DNA from: Tubulanus polymorphus
Lineage: Eukaryota > Animalia > Nemertea
NCBI RefSeq assembly: GCF_964204645.1
Contig: NC_134027.1
Span: forward strand, 5,302,485 to 5,366,484
Length of the DNA: 64,000 nucleotides
Direction of reading: 5' to 3'
The translations under genes and the position numbers were made by a program. The notes beneath the pieces were generated by a model that saw nothing but the letters and a program-made list of their open reading frames with translations, did no database searches and was not told where the DNA came from. This document shows positions 13,210 through 27,649 of the stretch, piece by piece. How positions within the stretch are numbered: position 1 is the stretch's first letter; each line of letters starts with the position of its first letter.

Positions 13210-15706
13210 TAGTATATTTGCAATGGTGTATCTAGCTATTTTTCAACGTTGCGGCTCATTTTGATTTCAATTCTTAGCGTGGGATTTTTGTATTGAAAAA
13301 AGAAGAAAAACTTCATTTTGAATATTGTCAATTTCTTTCAAAATGATATTAAAGAATTATGTCATTGACGAATTGAAGTGCATTTCTAGGATTTAGCGAA
13401 ATGTAAATGGGCCATCACCGATCAAGAAGTATTTAACAGTGCTTCAATGCTTCCCTTCCGCTTTTATCAAAAGCCAAGTGCACATTACTTAGCAATTAAT
13501 ATGTTCTTGTCATGAATGACTCGGGTGATTTGTCCAAAGCTTATTGTTATGGATTGACAAATGAGCCGTTATTTGTATCTATCATGGGTGCAATTCATTA
13601 AAAGTACTTAATTTTGCTTAAGCCTTATTGCTACAAACACTGAGAACTCACTTCTTTTGATCAACTATATCATCTCTTCATGGATAGGCTGAGAGGACCT
13701 ACTATTTTTATTATCTAGTAAAAGAAATCACAAATGACAAGATTACGTTATTGAAACGCTGTTGCATCCTGAGGTTTCATGTAACATTATTTGTTTGTTG
13801 AGGATTGAATTCTAGTGTAGATTATTTATACAGCAATCCCAAATGTACATACTATGCTATAACAATTATCCTACAAGTAAGCAAAGGGTTTTTTGCATCA
13901 ATAGTGTTCCATATATTTTGATGCATTGGCAGTTCTGGGGTTTTCATTACATCTATCAATGCTTCGTGGCTTATTTCAGGTCTTATGGGATTGTTTGAGA
14001 AAAGAAGGTTCCGTAAATTCTTGATGTTTGTACAGAATTACAAAGCCGATAATCCTTCCACGTATCAGGGCGTAGATGTGAAAACAATGACATGTGCCCA
14101 ACTTTACGATAAGTTCGGCGTTGATAAGAATACAGAGGATTTCACTGGTCACGCCCTTGCCTTGTATAGAGATGATGAGTAAGTAACTATCGTTTTTGTA
14201 GGGAGGATGAATGCACGCAGGTCATAGTAGCAATCGCTTAATGGGAAAGGCTTTCCTACTCTGGTGCATTTATTTCATTTTTAAGTCGGATATGGTATTT
14301 AAAGATACTTTATTTTCAGGTATAAGAAAGAGCCGTGTGAGGATTTGATCCAGCGAATTCAGTTGTACCATGATTCTCTGAGTCGATATGGAGATTCGCC
14401 GTATCTATACCCACTCTATGGATTGGGAGAGTTACCTCAAGGTTTTGCACGGTTCGTTGGATAGAAATAATGATCTGATTTTAACTCGTCAAATCTGAAC
14501 GCTAGTGCAGTTATTATCTGTCGTACTTTTTCTGGAATTTGTAGATTGTCTGCGGTCTACGGTGGCACGTACATGTTACACAAACCATTCGATGGGTTTG
14601 AATTCGATGAAGCTGGAAAAGTGACTGGCGTGAAATCTGAAGGTGAAACTGCTCGTTGTGACATGGTTATATGCGATCCTTCCTATGCGCCTGACAAATG
14701 TAAGAAAGTTGGTCAGGTACGTTTTCCATTGAATTTTCCGTTCATTTATCTTTATTCGGAAGAACGTTGCTCTTAAAAATATGTGAATTTATTCTTGCAG
14801 GTTGTTCGAGCGATATGTTTATTGAATCACCCAATTGCCAACACGGGTAATAATCCTGATTCATGTCAAATTATCATTCCACAGAACCAAGTGGGTCGGA
14901 AATCAGGTAATTTTTCAGATACATTATAATATTTCTATCCCTCTTTAATCTTTCTGAATATTTCAGTATAGGGTATATATGGTATATGATTTCAGATATT
15001 TATGTGTGCTGTATGTCCAACTCTCTTCAAGTCGCTTCAAAGGGTCACTATGTCGCTTTAGTTGCTACAACCGTGGAAACAGCTAATCCCGAGGCTGAAC
15101 TTAAACCTGGTCTTGATCTTTTAGGCTCATGTTTAGAAAAGTAAGTGAATAGTCATACTTTTTCAAGGGACTCGAACTTTAGGGGACTGAATAATCTGTT
15201 TGTTATGACAGATGGTTTGTTGTTTCCACCATGAAATAGATCAAATTACCTAATTTGGGATTAAAATCTATATTGTTGTGTATGATAGACTGTTGTATCT
15301 GAGTTCGTGGGTTCGCTGCATTAATAACTCACAGATTAATCTTAAGCTCTCTATACGGGGTGGTCTAATTATACAGTGTTGTTTCTGTTACAGATTTGTT
15401 AGCATATCCGATATGTATGAGCCGATTGACACTGATTCTGATAGCAAGGTAAGTAACATTCAAGCTACCTTTCATCTCTTAATAAAATATAACTTTGATT
15501 AAGATATTTCACTCTGAATCAATTCAACTAGTCTCTGATTGAATATTTGGTCATGTTTCAACTTACAGATATTCATATCAACTAGTTACGATGCTACAAC
15601 TCACTTTGAAAGCACTTGCCAAGACGTAAACAACATCTACAAACGAGTCACCGGTGAAGACTTTGACTATTCGGCACACAAGCAAAAAGCAGTTGAAGCT
15701 AATTAA
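11982..15706 (+). CDS. GDI1: Rab GDP dissociation inhibitor, multi-exon
   Basis: [15 protein letters not shown]|ECILSGMLS...[79 protein letters not shown]. Stop at 15704-15706. Confidence 0.96.
13136..13207. repeat. (TA)n microsatellite in a GDI intron
   Basis: Direct reading. Confidence 0.95.
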
Positions 15707-18061
15707 GAATTTCGTCGGTCGATAGAAAAAGATAATAATCAGTTCTTAATCGCGAGAGGGAGAGACTGGGAATCTTTTGATACTCGGGATCAATAGACTG
15801 ATCTTACTGAAAATCTACAGTCGTGTTCTTGTCTCTAATGATCCAGTTTTGCCGATTGCTTTGTAAAGATTCCTGTTCTTGCTGCTTCAAATTTGAGACG
15901 TATCTATGATAACATACACATTAAAAGAATATATATATATATATATATATGATATAATATACGTATATGATTGAAAATTTCCGCTTAGAACTGACATGAG
16001 TTGCACAACAACAATCAATTCCTTCTTTCATAAGAGCTCGTGTTGAAACAGTGGCTTCATTATATTTATTTTGTCGTGTAAATTTACTTGTTATCAACTT
16101 CAATTTTGATCAAATACGCTTGATCAAATGGCACTTTCTTTTTCATTCCTGTGCATAATAAACAGTGGATATCAATTATCTCACTCACTGATAAGTTTGA
16201 AAATCATTTGATGAATGATGTGGTTTTATTCTTGTCAGAGTATTTCCTGTTTTTACCGAAATATGAGCTGGCTATTTATTATGCGAAGATATTAATTTTA
16301 GATGTCCATGAGACACTCAATTCTTTATATATGAATATGATAAATGATTAGGAAAAATGTAATTCAATTTAAAAACAAGTTTCTTGAGAAAATGTAGCAT
16401 TGTTACTATATTTCATCGGATTTCTTATTATTTATCCATACTTTGTATGAGTGATTTACTAAAAAACAGTATGGAGCTAAATATACGTTATTTTCAGTAT
16501 ACTTTGAATGCAAAATCAATCACTGATAATTTATTTTTCTTTATAGTGAAGTACATTGTATACTTGTAGTTGCTGTTTGTATGAAAAAAGTCAAGATTTT
16601 CTGTTGAAAAGATTGAGTACTATATGTATATGTATAAAGTCTAAACTATGAATAGTTGTTGTGTTTACGTCTCGCACTGAAACCGTATAACTCTGTATTG
16701 TGCAGATTTAAAGCTTAGCTAGAAAAAAATCATGAATGTATCTTGAGGAAGCGTGTTTATGGTAGGTCGAAATTGCTGCAGTAATGTCAGTAGATTCACA
16801 GATGTACTCAGTGCGTGTATGAGATATATATATAAAGAGGTATTTGTTGTCATGGACCTCGAATAGCAGTAGGTGTACTTCAAGATCAGAATAGCCAACA
16901 GTTATAGATTTTAAAAATGGATTTTGTGGACTTGGCAGTAATTGCTGTCATTTTGAGTCGTATAAATTCGTATCAATCTGGTGTTCAGTCTAGGCAATGG
17001 TGGGCGGGATACTTTCTTTAGTGCCATGTGGATGGGGTGCATGATTCTAGTTCAGATATATTTTACATTTTCCTTACTGGTTTAATCTTAAAGCTATTGA
17101 AATACATGAGTTCGGGCTGTTTCTGTCCTGTCAGATAGCAGCGATGCGTTTGACATGTTAAACTGCTGGTGTCTGTTTGCGGTGAACAAGATTTTTTAAG
17201 TTTAACTAACATGACAGTTCAAACATGTTGAGCCATTATGACCTCTATTTGCCCTGTGCAGTGTGGCCAGTCTGCTATTCCTAGTCCCGATCTTTAATGC
17301 TTATTTGTTTGTGTGTGTTGTCAAAACTAATGCTACATACATAATAAGTATTATTGCAGCTTCTTTATGTGCTATGAGTGAATGTTTATGATTACTGAAT
17401 AATTATTTAATTTCACTTAAATTGCATTTATGGAGTAAAAATCATGTATTATACATAGATATATAAATAGCTATTCCAAATTTATGTAAATTTCTTGGCT
17501 AAATACTCTGCACTACAAGTACTACTGTATGTAATAATAAATCGTAAATGTAAATGAAAAAAGTCGTCTGTTATTTATTTGAATCCACTGGGATTGCCGG
17601 AAGATCATTGGCAGAATTCATAGTTATTCCGTGGCCATCATCCAAAAATTAGCGATTACCGGTAGTAAGTAACCTCCTAAATAGATGGCGCCTTTGTTTG
17701 AAAAATTATCGAAACATCGTAGGGCAAAAACTGATAGCACTGCTAATTGCTCCTATTTGCAACAAGCTGATTGTTGTTCGTCAAAAATCAAAAGGTCTTC
17801 AAATCGAGATTATTTTAGAGCGATGGAATGAATGATTGAATCTGTGTAAGTTTGCTTTATTGTGCTCTCGTTTTGCTTCAATCAAGAAAGTAAAACCAAT
17901 TTCAATTCACTTAATTAGTTCATCATGTTAAGATATCTTTTGTTACATTTTCGCCTGTCAATCTCTGCTATTCTGGGCTAGGTATCATTAGGTTATTATC
18001 TCAGCGTGCAGTTCGATAGCTCTTCTTTGTTGATGAAAACCCAAAAGTTACAAACATCATC

Positions 18062-18847
18062 GTGCTTTCCTCCTGCCATTTTCAACTGCGGAATATTAGA
18101 AAGTATCTGTCTACTCCGGCAACTAAGTCAATTGTGCATGCTCTAGTAACATCTAGGTTGGACTACTGTAATGGGTTGTTGTATGGTTTACCGGATTGTC
18201 AGCTAAGTCGTCTCCAACGCGTTCAAAACACAGCTGCCAGAGTTGTTACTAGATGCAAAAAGTATGACCACATTACGCCTGTTCTAAAAGAACTTCACTG
18301 CCTCCCTGTAAAATTTCGAATCAATTATAAAATTGCCTTTTTGGTCTTCCGCTGTACTCATGATAAAGCACCACAGTACCTAAAGGACATGATTGAAAGT
18401 TCTGTGCAAACTAGACAATTACGCTCATCTAGTCATAATCTTTTACGTGTACGAATAATTGGCGTACGTAATTTGTGTAGGTGGCGCTGTGGTACGGTGT
18501 ACGTACGAATAATTTGCGGAAGTTAGCGTACGGGTCCGTACGAGTAGCCACATCGTTTAAAATTGCCCCGTGCAAAATCACAACACGCTGTTATAAATTC
18601 TCAGGGCCTTTTATGTGGAATACCCTACCTACCGATCTTAGGTCTATTGATAGTTTTAACTGTTTCAAGAAGTTTTTAAAAACCAATCTTTTTATCCAGG
18701 CAATTTCGTAGGATTTTTCAGGATTTCGTAGTTCCGTTTTACTTACTGTAGTCATTAGAGTTATTTTTATATATCGTCTTTTAATAGGCCTATACTGTAT
18801 GTGCTTCGGAGCATGTATTTTCACTTTGTACAGAGCACTAAATATGG

Positions 18848-18881
<34 letters not shown>

Positions 18882-18882
18882 A
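18062..18882 (+). mobile_element. 5'-truncated, degenerate CR1/L2-group LINE (ORF2 C-terminus, 3' UTR and AAT-repeat tail)
   Basis: VHALVTSRLDYCNGLLYGLP...LQRVQNTAARVV...HITPVLKELHCLPV and WNTLP...FKKFLKTNLF are typical post-RT motifs of this group. (AAT)n tail at about 18849-18882. The frame is interrupted at about 18446-18558. Confidence 0.88.
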
Positions 18883-21525
18883 AAAAGACGCCTAATGCTC
18901 TTTAGCCTTAATTAGGTGTGTTTTATTATTGCCGTCAAGAACCCCTTGTCAAGTCAGTAACCTCCGTCTGTGGTTTAGATTCACAATCAGCTATTTTCAC
19001 AAATAAGCCAATCCGATTATGAAAGCTTACCACCAATGCTTACGTAACTAACTAAAAAGCCCCCAGACCTCTGTCTCTGACCCTAACCCTTAAATCTTAC
19101 TTGGACCCTTTCTAACCCTAATTGTGAAAAGATCAAAAATAGCGTGAATAACTAAAATAATGGGCCTGCCATATTGGCAAAATATCTTCTTCCTTTATAC
19201 AACGCAATGCGGTGTCTTTGATAAATCAATTATTATAATTTTGATTGCTTCGTTGAAATAGAGAATGAATTTTCTCAGACATATTTTGAGAATAACTGTT
19301 TGTTTTGGTGTATCTGACTTTGAATGATTTTGCACTTCGTTCAGTGGGCCTATCTTTTCTTGGAGAAGGTATGAAATGAGAAACAGGGTTCGTAGTATAG
19401 GGTACAAATTGACTAAATCATAGTGAGTAAATCATAGTGTATATTGTGAAATTTTGAAGAAATAAGAAAAATATAGGGCCCTATGGTTCCCTGAGGAAGG
19501 TCAGAATAGCCCCCTTTTACCCTAGACTTTTAAACGTTTCCTGGTGATGATCTAAGGCACTTGTCTTGCATAGCCAAATTTTACCTTTTCAAATAAGATG
19601 ACAATTCCAAATTCAGGGTTTCACCCCTCAAATAATCCGAAATGCCATTGTATTTATCCAGCAGTTTAAAAACAGTAACTTGGATTTCAGTTGATCTTGA
19701 AATGCCTCTCAAATTTCGGTCGATTGTGCCCCCTCAAAAGCCCCCTCAAATACCCCTCAAATTTGAAAATCATGGTCATGTAGAAACCCTGGAGTAAGTA
19801 CCCATATTCATGATATTCCTCACTAGTTTAGATGTCAGGGTGTTTTAAGGGCTTTGTGCTGCATTGCTCGGGAGTTCTTGGCTTGATTTAATTTACACCT
19901 CCTGTTCTCATACCCTGTCATGTATGTAATCTACTTTACTGAAATGGTTAGTTATGTCAAGTGTAAAGAATATGACCTACTATTCCAACTTTTCAAAAAT
20001 TGTTATTTCATACAATTCCTTGATAAGAAGTATTTTACTGATAGCATTGCATACACAGTACATGTATGCCTATGATTTTTCATTATCTAAAAATGGGTTT
20101 TTGTATTTTGTAAAAGTTGTAGTTTCATCTTGATTACGATATTCAAATTCGTATCCCTTGCTAGCCTATGAATTTTTTTTTAATGTCATGAATGGTTGTT
20201 AAGAACAGATTCGTATATCAGGTATATCAGATCAGTAAAACATTGAATTATCTATGAATATCCTTTATAAGTAATTTTTAACCTTTTGCCATCGTATGTT
20301 AATCAATATAATAATGTCTGGATTTATAAAGCTCTATACTATAGATTCATTGGGTCGTAAAGACTATTCAAAGATATCTTGAGATTTTGTGGGCACTTTT
20401 AAACTTTTGAACCTTTTTAGACAAGAGTGTCAATGTGGTTCCTTGCTAGAATATAGCCAAGGATCATGACAAGCACTTTAAGGATTGGTGGGACTCGTAT
20501 GCGACGGGAAGTCTGTGTTTTTCTGACTTACTTACCAGATACCAGATGTCTCCATACGCTATAGTCGAACTATGGATGTGGAATTATCAGTATAAGTCGG
20601 TGTATGATATTTCATTGTGTAAATTGCAAGGTATTCGTCATTATCTCTTAATTATCTGCCGGAATTGGAGCAGCTATTGAGGAGGATTTGCGAAACCGGC
20701 AATTAACCGCTGTTATACGACACGAGCTCTGGAGGAACTTTTTCCTCGTAGTATGAAACTCACTGTGAAATAGAAAGTAGAATTGAATAGTTTTATTGAA
20801 TAATCAATGCGTTCGTTCGGCACAAATAAACATTCAGTGGCGCCACTTTTGCCCCGCGTATAATTCTTTCTCGCTGCTTGAAAGAGTTTAATGTAACACC
20901 GTGACCATCTATAGGCGGTTCTAATGAATGAATGTGGATGATCTGAAGGTGTTTATATCAGCTGGGTCCCATATGCGTATTGTTCAACCGAGACAATTCT
21001 AATCAGCTGATACATATGACGTGCTTGTGCTATAAACTGTGGACAACTAACATTGTCGTGAATCACCATCTGAATATACAGGGAAGTTGATCAGTTCTAG
21101 AGGGCGGACTATAAAATACTATCTGGTCGTAAAATATGAAAAACAAATTGTCGTCATGGATTGGTCTGACGCTTTCTCAGGAAATACCACCTGGAGTTTT
21201 TTACGCAATGTGGTCGGGGGAAATAAGCCTATGGCGTGGAGTGTCTGCTGATTAAGCTGACATCTCGGTTTATCGGTTTATGATATTGATAAACCTGTAC
21301 AACTCCTTGACCTTTCGGAGATTTAACATGGATTGAATCAATCATATGAGAGATACTCGAGTTAATGGAAGTATGTGCGCGTCATTTCAAATCTGCCAAT
21401 CGCTATTCAAAATACACGTAATGGTTCGTTACTAATCTGTAACTATATATTGATAAGATAACTTTTTATTTCGCAAATAGTTTTAGGTGAAAATTAGTTT
21501 CTGTTTGAGAATTGGTGGTAGCGAA

Positions 21526-22286
21526 ATGGCACTATTTGCTAAAAAGGTTTCAGCGATGTGTCAGCGGAAAACTGTGCAGGGGAAGCGTGAAACAAGAACC
21601 TATATGCCTGGAGGATGGTTAGATAACTGTACAGCGCCGTACATGGGTAATATTCCAGACGCGTGTAGAAATTATAACTATTTATTTCCTCAAAATCGAC
21701 GTGACTCGAGTGTAAAGGATATCAATAGAATATGCACGAGACAGAATGTACAGCCGGATTTAATACCAACAAAAGATTTGAAGACAACGTTAGCCGTCAA
21801 TATCGCACGTGAAGAACAACAAACTCCTTTCCTGAACCGCGTAGTCCAGAATGAAGAGGTGAACTCAGTTCCTATAAGTCCGGTGAGCGAAACGGCAAAA
21901 GTTCTCGGAGACAAAGTGTGCTGCGGATGTGGTCGTATCAAACCGACGTATCTATCTAAAATGTTCCATTCTGTCGACGATTACAACAGTAGTTTCGATT
22001 CTATACAGTTCGATGTGAGAAATTTTGCATCTGCTTTCACCGCTGCACATTTAGACATGTTGAAATCTGCTAAGACAACAGACGACCGACGAATGTCGAC
22101 CGTATCTCAGAATACAACCGCTAGTGAACTCATATTTACAGATAGGACTGCGTCCAGTCCATGCAGCACGAACCCGGACGTTAAAAAATGTATTTGCTCG
22201 CGATGCAGTCGCAAACGATCTAAATGTAATCGTAAAGTACGATTCTCCGATGATCTAACGAATTCATTTTCGCGGGTTGAAATGTG
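21526..22286 (+). CDS. Large exon encoding about 254 aa, probably an alternative N-terminal extension of SNX16
   Basis: Acceptor ttttag at 21486, ATG at 21526, open frame to the donor TG|gtaagt at 22286. It joins in frame to the SNX16 exon at 23273 (TG+G = Trp, then [10 protein letters not shown]). Confidence 0.65.
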
Positions 22287-23282
22287 GTAAGTCAATTTAC
22301 AAAATTATCGTGGATTTCTTACCATAGATTTGATCATCATCGAAGAGAAATAGGTTATCTCTTCAACTGGAGTTAATTCTTTTTCGGGCAGTAATAGAAG
22401 TTGATTCCCGTACAGACATCAAACTAATACTTAGACTGACCAATATCAAAACAAGCAAATAGAAAATACTGTAAGCAGATACATAAATGTAAACGTTGTG
22501 TTGTTTAGTGAAAGGACACTGTGTGAACATCTTAAATCTACCAGGTGCAGAGCGGCATCGTGTAAACATTTATCTTAACCTGTTCGATAGTTAAAAGATC
22601 TTCAGAAAAATCACAGGTTTCGTTTAGAATATTTATTGGCATTTGTTCGTTTTATATTCATTATTAGTCGTTATTTATCAAAAGTGTCAAAGCTTGGTAA
22701 TCTGTTATTTTTAGGATATTAGCTGTGGATTTTTACAATGGCAGTACTGGGTATATGTATTCATTTCATTGGAATTATAAATGACTTCGCTTGCTTTGTA
22801 TTCATTCATTGGATTGCATAATCATATAGGAATGACTTGAAGGCGTTCTTAGCGGAAAAGCTTTTAAAATTCAGTGAGATTTCAGATTATACAGGTCAGG
22901 GTATAAGTGTTTACTGTAGATATATTAAGAAGATATATTTCTTCAACAAATGGGATATTAACATTTCCTTTCATTTTAAATGCATCACTGCATTGGATTC
23001 TTATTGGAATTAGTTTATTATGGCAGTTCTCTGAATTCAGGGTCAGTTGCGTCATTGTTTGCAAACAAACTGGTTGTTTTCAATAATTTGCTTTGATTAA
23101 ATGTTTGTGCCACTTTTGGCAGTTAAACAATAACTAACAAGAGGCTTGAGGTAAAAAAAAATCTTCATGTTGATGCATTAGTATTGGTCTAATTCATTGA
23201 ATACTAGTACTCGTGACTCGATGCATCTTTTCTTGCTGAATTGATATTTTAATTTTGTTTGTTTATATTCAGGGTCGCAAGT

Positions 23283-26190
23283 ATGGATTCAACGAATCCG
23301 CCGAAACAAGTTTACGAAGCTGCTGCTTCGGCAGAACCGCAACAATGTTCTAGTTCGTCTCCATCCCCAACTGATGCTCACATGTCTAGCCCATCTCAAG
23401 ACGATTTGAAGGCATCAATGGCTCCTGTGTTAAGACCGGACCCTGTTAGTAAAATGACTGAATCGATATCCAGTGATCGGTCTAGTATATCAACTGCCCT
23501 CGATGATGAAGAGATTGATGTAGTGGAGACCGGATTACAGGTGCCGATAGTTGGTTATGAAGTTATGGAACAGCGTGCTAGATTTACGGTATGTACCCTA
23601 TACCCAACGGATCTCTAAAAGTTTGTTCAAGTGCTCTTGAGGCCAATATATTCACAAGTCCTTTCAATTCATATGTACGCAGCTGTTCCCTGGATAAATA
23701 TAACAGCTTGTCACTGGGCGGATATATTATGTTCGGAAGAACCACCTGTTAAGGGCTGAAACTGTTTATTTGTTTCTTTATCAAAATGAGCTTTTTTCAT
23801 TGCGACTTTTTTCTTGTTTTTAGGTTTTCAAAGTGCACGTACAACGCAGTCGTCATGAAAACTGGTTTGTATTCAGAAGATACACAGACTTTGTTCAACT
23901 TAACGATAAGGTATAGATATTTTTCGTCAACTTTATTTGTCTGCGTGTAAATGCGTGCTAATCATTTCTGAGATTTTTAAACCGCAATATACAAGCTGTT
24001 TTGACGTCTAAAGGCTGCGATATGAAATTGTTTATTCTTGTATTTTTAAAAACAGTAACACGTTATTGTGTATATGGAGAAATAAGTCTCGGTTTTATAA
24101 TACGAATAGATTCCTTTGAATGAGTATGTCAAAATTAACCTAATTCAGATATCGTGACTAAAATCTAAAACTGTCTGCTGAGGGGAAAAAATATTTTATG
24201 TCATATGTCATTGAATTGTGTTTACTTATTATGTGTATTATATGTTTCCATTGATTCAGTTAAAAGAAATATACCCCGGTTTCCGATTGAGTCTTCCCCC
24301 CAAGCGATGGTTTGGTAGCAACTTTGATGAAAATTTCCTGGAAGAACGAGCAAAAGGTTTGCAGGCATTCCTCAATAATATAACGGGCCATAGAGATGTT
24401 TCACAGAGGTGAGTTGGCTTCCAATTCTGAGCCCTTCACTCGTAAGATGGTAGGACGTGTCCGTTACCAGATTCATAAAAATGACTGTTATCTAGGAATC
24501 TTGTCGCCGTGATGGACACCCCTTTATCCGTAGTATCTCTGATAAATAAACCAAACACCTGATTCATTAGGAAAGAGAATCACGGTCTGCTTTAAAAGAC
24601 ACCCCTTTTTCTCTGATTTCTAGGATCTAGATTATATCTAATTTTTTACCCTTCACAATTTCGGGAATACGGATGCACCCTACTTAGTAAAGAAGGGCTT
24701 TCAATCCAATTCATCCCCAGCCCTAATAGGTATTTATAACTCGATATATCTGTCAACCATATGCATTTTTTGTAGCAAACCTGTGCGTCAGTTTCTTTGC
24801 CTGGATGACCCACCTGGTCCACATGACAGTCTTGAGGAAAGCCGAGTAAGATAACGTTGATATGTTTCGATCAAAGTACATCTTCGATTGTACTATTAAT
24901 TGGCTCAATATTTGTTTTTATAGCGAATTATAGTTTGATCTTTGCATTTTAGGCATTGTGCGAATCCTTAGAAGAGACTGTGTACAACATGAGAAGAGAT
25001 TTACAGGAACGTGATTCTAAGATCGAACTACTGGAAGGCGAGATTGCCATGTACAAGGCTCAAATAGATGCTCTCAATTCTTCACTCAGGTATGTGGTGT
25101 ACAAAATATTTCATATCATAGGCCTACGGAATATGTAAAACTGATGTATTCGATTCATCGAAAAGGCTAATAATAGACGACAAGTCTGAATTTTTAAGCA
25201 TTGAATGTGCACTGATAGTTAGTGGGTTTTGTTTTAGGAAAAGTCGCCTTCACATTACAAGGTACTTCGTGTAGTTGTGCTGTTTTGCTACATCACTAAT
25301 TTGCGCTTTCGTTTACCACAATTTTTGTTATTAGAGAACATTCTTTTTGCTCTGCTACATAGTATTTTTCATCAGAACATCCGTTATTTCTTTATTCATC
25401 ATTTTGATGTTTGCAAAGCCACTTCGTGTCACTTCAGATCTCTGTGTTACCAGACCCAGTGCACAATGCTAAGATTGAACTCTTAAGAATAAGAAAATAA
25501 ATAATTGATTCCCTTCATTTTTGGGTAACTCAAAAAGGTGCTACTGGGCGGAGAATCTGTATTCAAAACACATCTAATCAAGAAACTCAATTTTATTATA
25601 CTCAAGATACAATAAAAGCTATAGACGCGCAGTAGCGGTAGCTCTAGAAGACACGGTAGTACCGGTATATTACCAGTAGTAGAATACAAGGTATAGTGTT
25701 TTTTGTTAATGTTCTAGGATGGAACGAGAATATCATCGACGTCAGCATTCATTATCAGCTTCTAAGGCTCCCAGTGAATGTTCATTAGGTGACATGGAAG
25801 ACACTGATGCTGGTTCATGTATCGAAGCTGACCAATTCCCGATTAATAAAAGACGAACAAGGTATTCAATAATAGTTCTACCGGGTAGACATAAGGTGTA
25901 TAAAGAAATTAAGTCATGAAGTCAACTGATAAACTAGATTTGTAATATGCGTATAATCGATTCCATGCATAATTTCTGAAGTCATAATGTATTTTCGCTG
26001 TTAGAGTTATGAAGCAATTGTAAGATGTCCTCGCAATTCTTTTGTTTTTAGCTCAGAAAATTCTGTCGAATGGGAAATCAATAGAAACATTACACACAAA
26101 GAAACGTTGAATAAAACGCAGCAGAATCATAACAAATTACCAGCACTTGATGGTTCAGGAGATACTTCTTCTTTGTTAGCGCCGTCTTAA
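23283..26190 (+). CDS. SNX16: Sorting nexin 16 (PX domain plus coiled coil)
   Basis: [19 protein letters not shown]...[10 protein letters not shown]...[21 protein letters not shown]...[27 protein letters not shown] matches the SNX16 signature. Last exon 26052-26190. Confidence 0.92.
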
Positions 26191-27489
26191 TGTGAAATCG
26201 GAGGACTATCTGTCTTTGAGAAATTTGTGATATGAATCTGTATAATGTACTAAAAATTTCCACTGGTGCTTTTTATAATCCATCCTATTGTTTTTTTGTA
26301 TTCGGATCTACTACTAGGGTTCTGGAACTGAAATGCAATAGTTTGTTTAACTGCCCAAAGTGCAGCACATATATAAACATAAGATGGACAAAGATATAGG
26401 TTATGGAACACTTGTTGATTTATGTCTTTGAGAGATTTCAGGCAGATATTAATTTCCATCCATACATATGGGCTTTGCAAGGGTTTGATGTTGAAGTGAT
26501 TCACTATTTTTCTAAAGAGTTGTTTTAATGATTTGAAAATGGATGTACATTGTAACTCCATTATGTGATTTGAGTACATAACACTTGTTTATCTTTTATT
26601 AACCACTGATTGTTTCAGCATTTTAAATCGATCTCAACACGGTGTTTAATGCATACAAGTTGTTTCATACCAAGCTAATCCTATTCTGGTAATATCTAGT
26701 GATTGTTTTTGCAGTTTTTAAAATATAGGAATATTTACACTTGCTTAAATCAGTTCGAGTGGTTTGGGAGTTGTGGATAATTGTAGAGAAAAAGTCAGTA
26801 TCTTGAGAAAGTATTACTATGACACGCTTTGTTATCACATTCCAAAGCAATTGGAAATCCTGTCCCTAGTTATTAGTCATAATGAATTGTTTCAAGATAA
26901 GCATGGCACAGTTTATTGTCCAGCAAAGGGCTTTTAAGATTTCAAAAAAACTACTGGACTGAATCATATGATCTTGGTATCAAGCCTTATATCTTCCTAT
27001 ATTTTAAACACTAGGAACCTTCTGTTAGGTACCCGATATACCAGTACAGGACTTACTATTCTGCTTTGTATGTAACACCCTTTATAATATTGAGTTTTAA
27101 TGTTGCCTGTGATTATTTTAATGATTAGCTGTTTTAGACTCTTAATGAGCTCTTCTCATAGACAGTGTTACGCGGTGAAAGGAAAGAAACTGATCATGCA
27201 ATAATTTGTATCTATTAGCTATATTGTTTTGTCTTGTTCATGACGTATCAGTATACTACACTCGTTGACTTGTAATTATGTTTAATCCGTTGCACTGATA
27301 TTGTAGCATATAAAAAGTTTATCCATTCTTTATTAGAAAATAGTGCACCAGGTTCATTGCATTCAAGGTCATGCAACAAGTGACATTGTACTGTAACTCA
27401 CTGTTATAGACACTGATTGTTATACATTTCTGCAATCTTGCAATATGTAACTGAATTTTCAGGTAGATGTCTTCATGTAAGCTGTGTGT

Positions 27490-27649
<160 letters not shown>

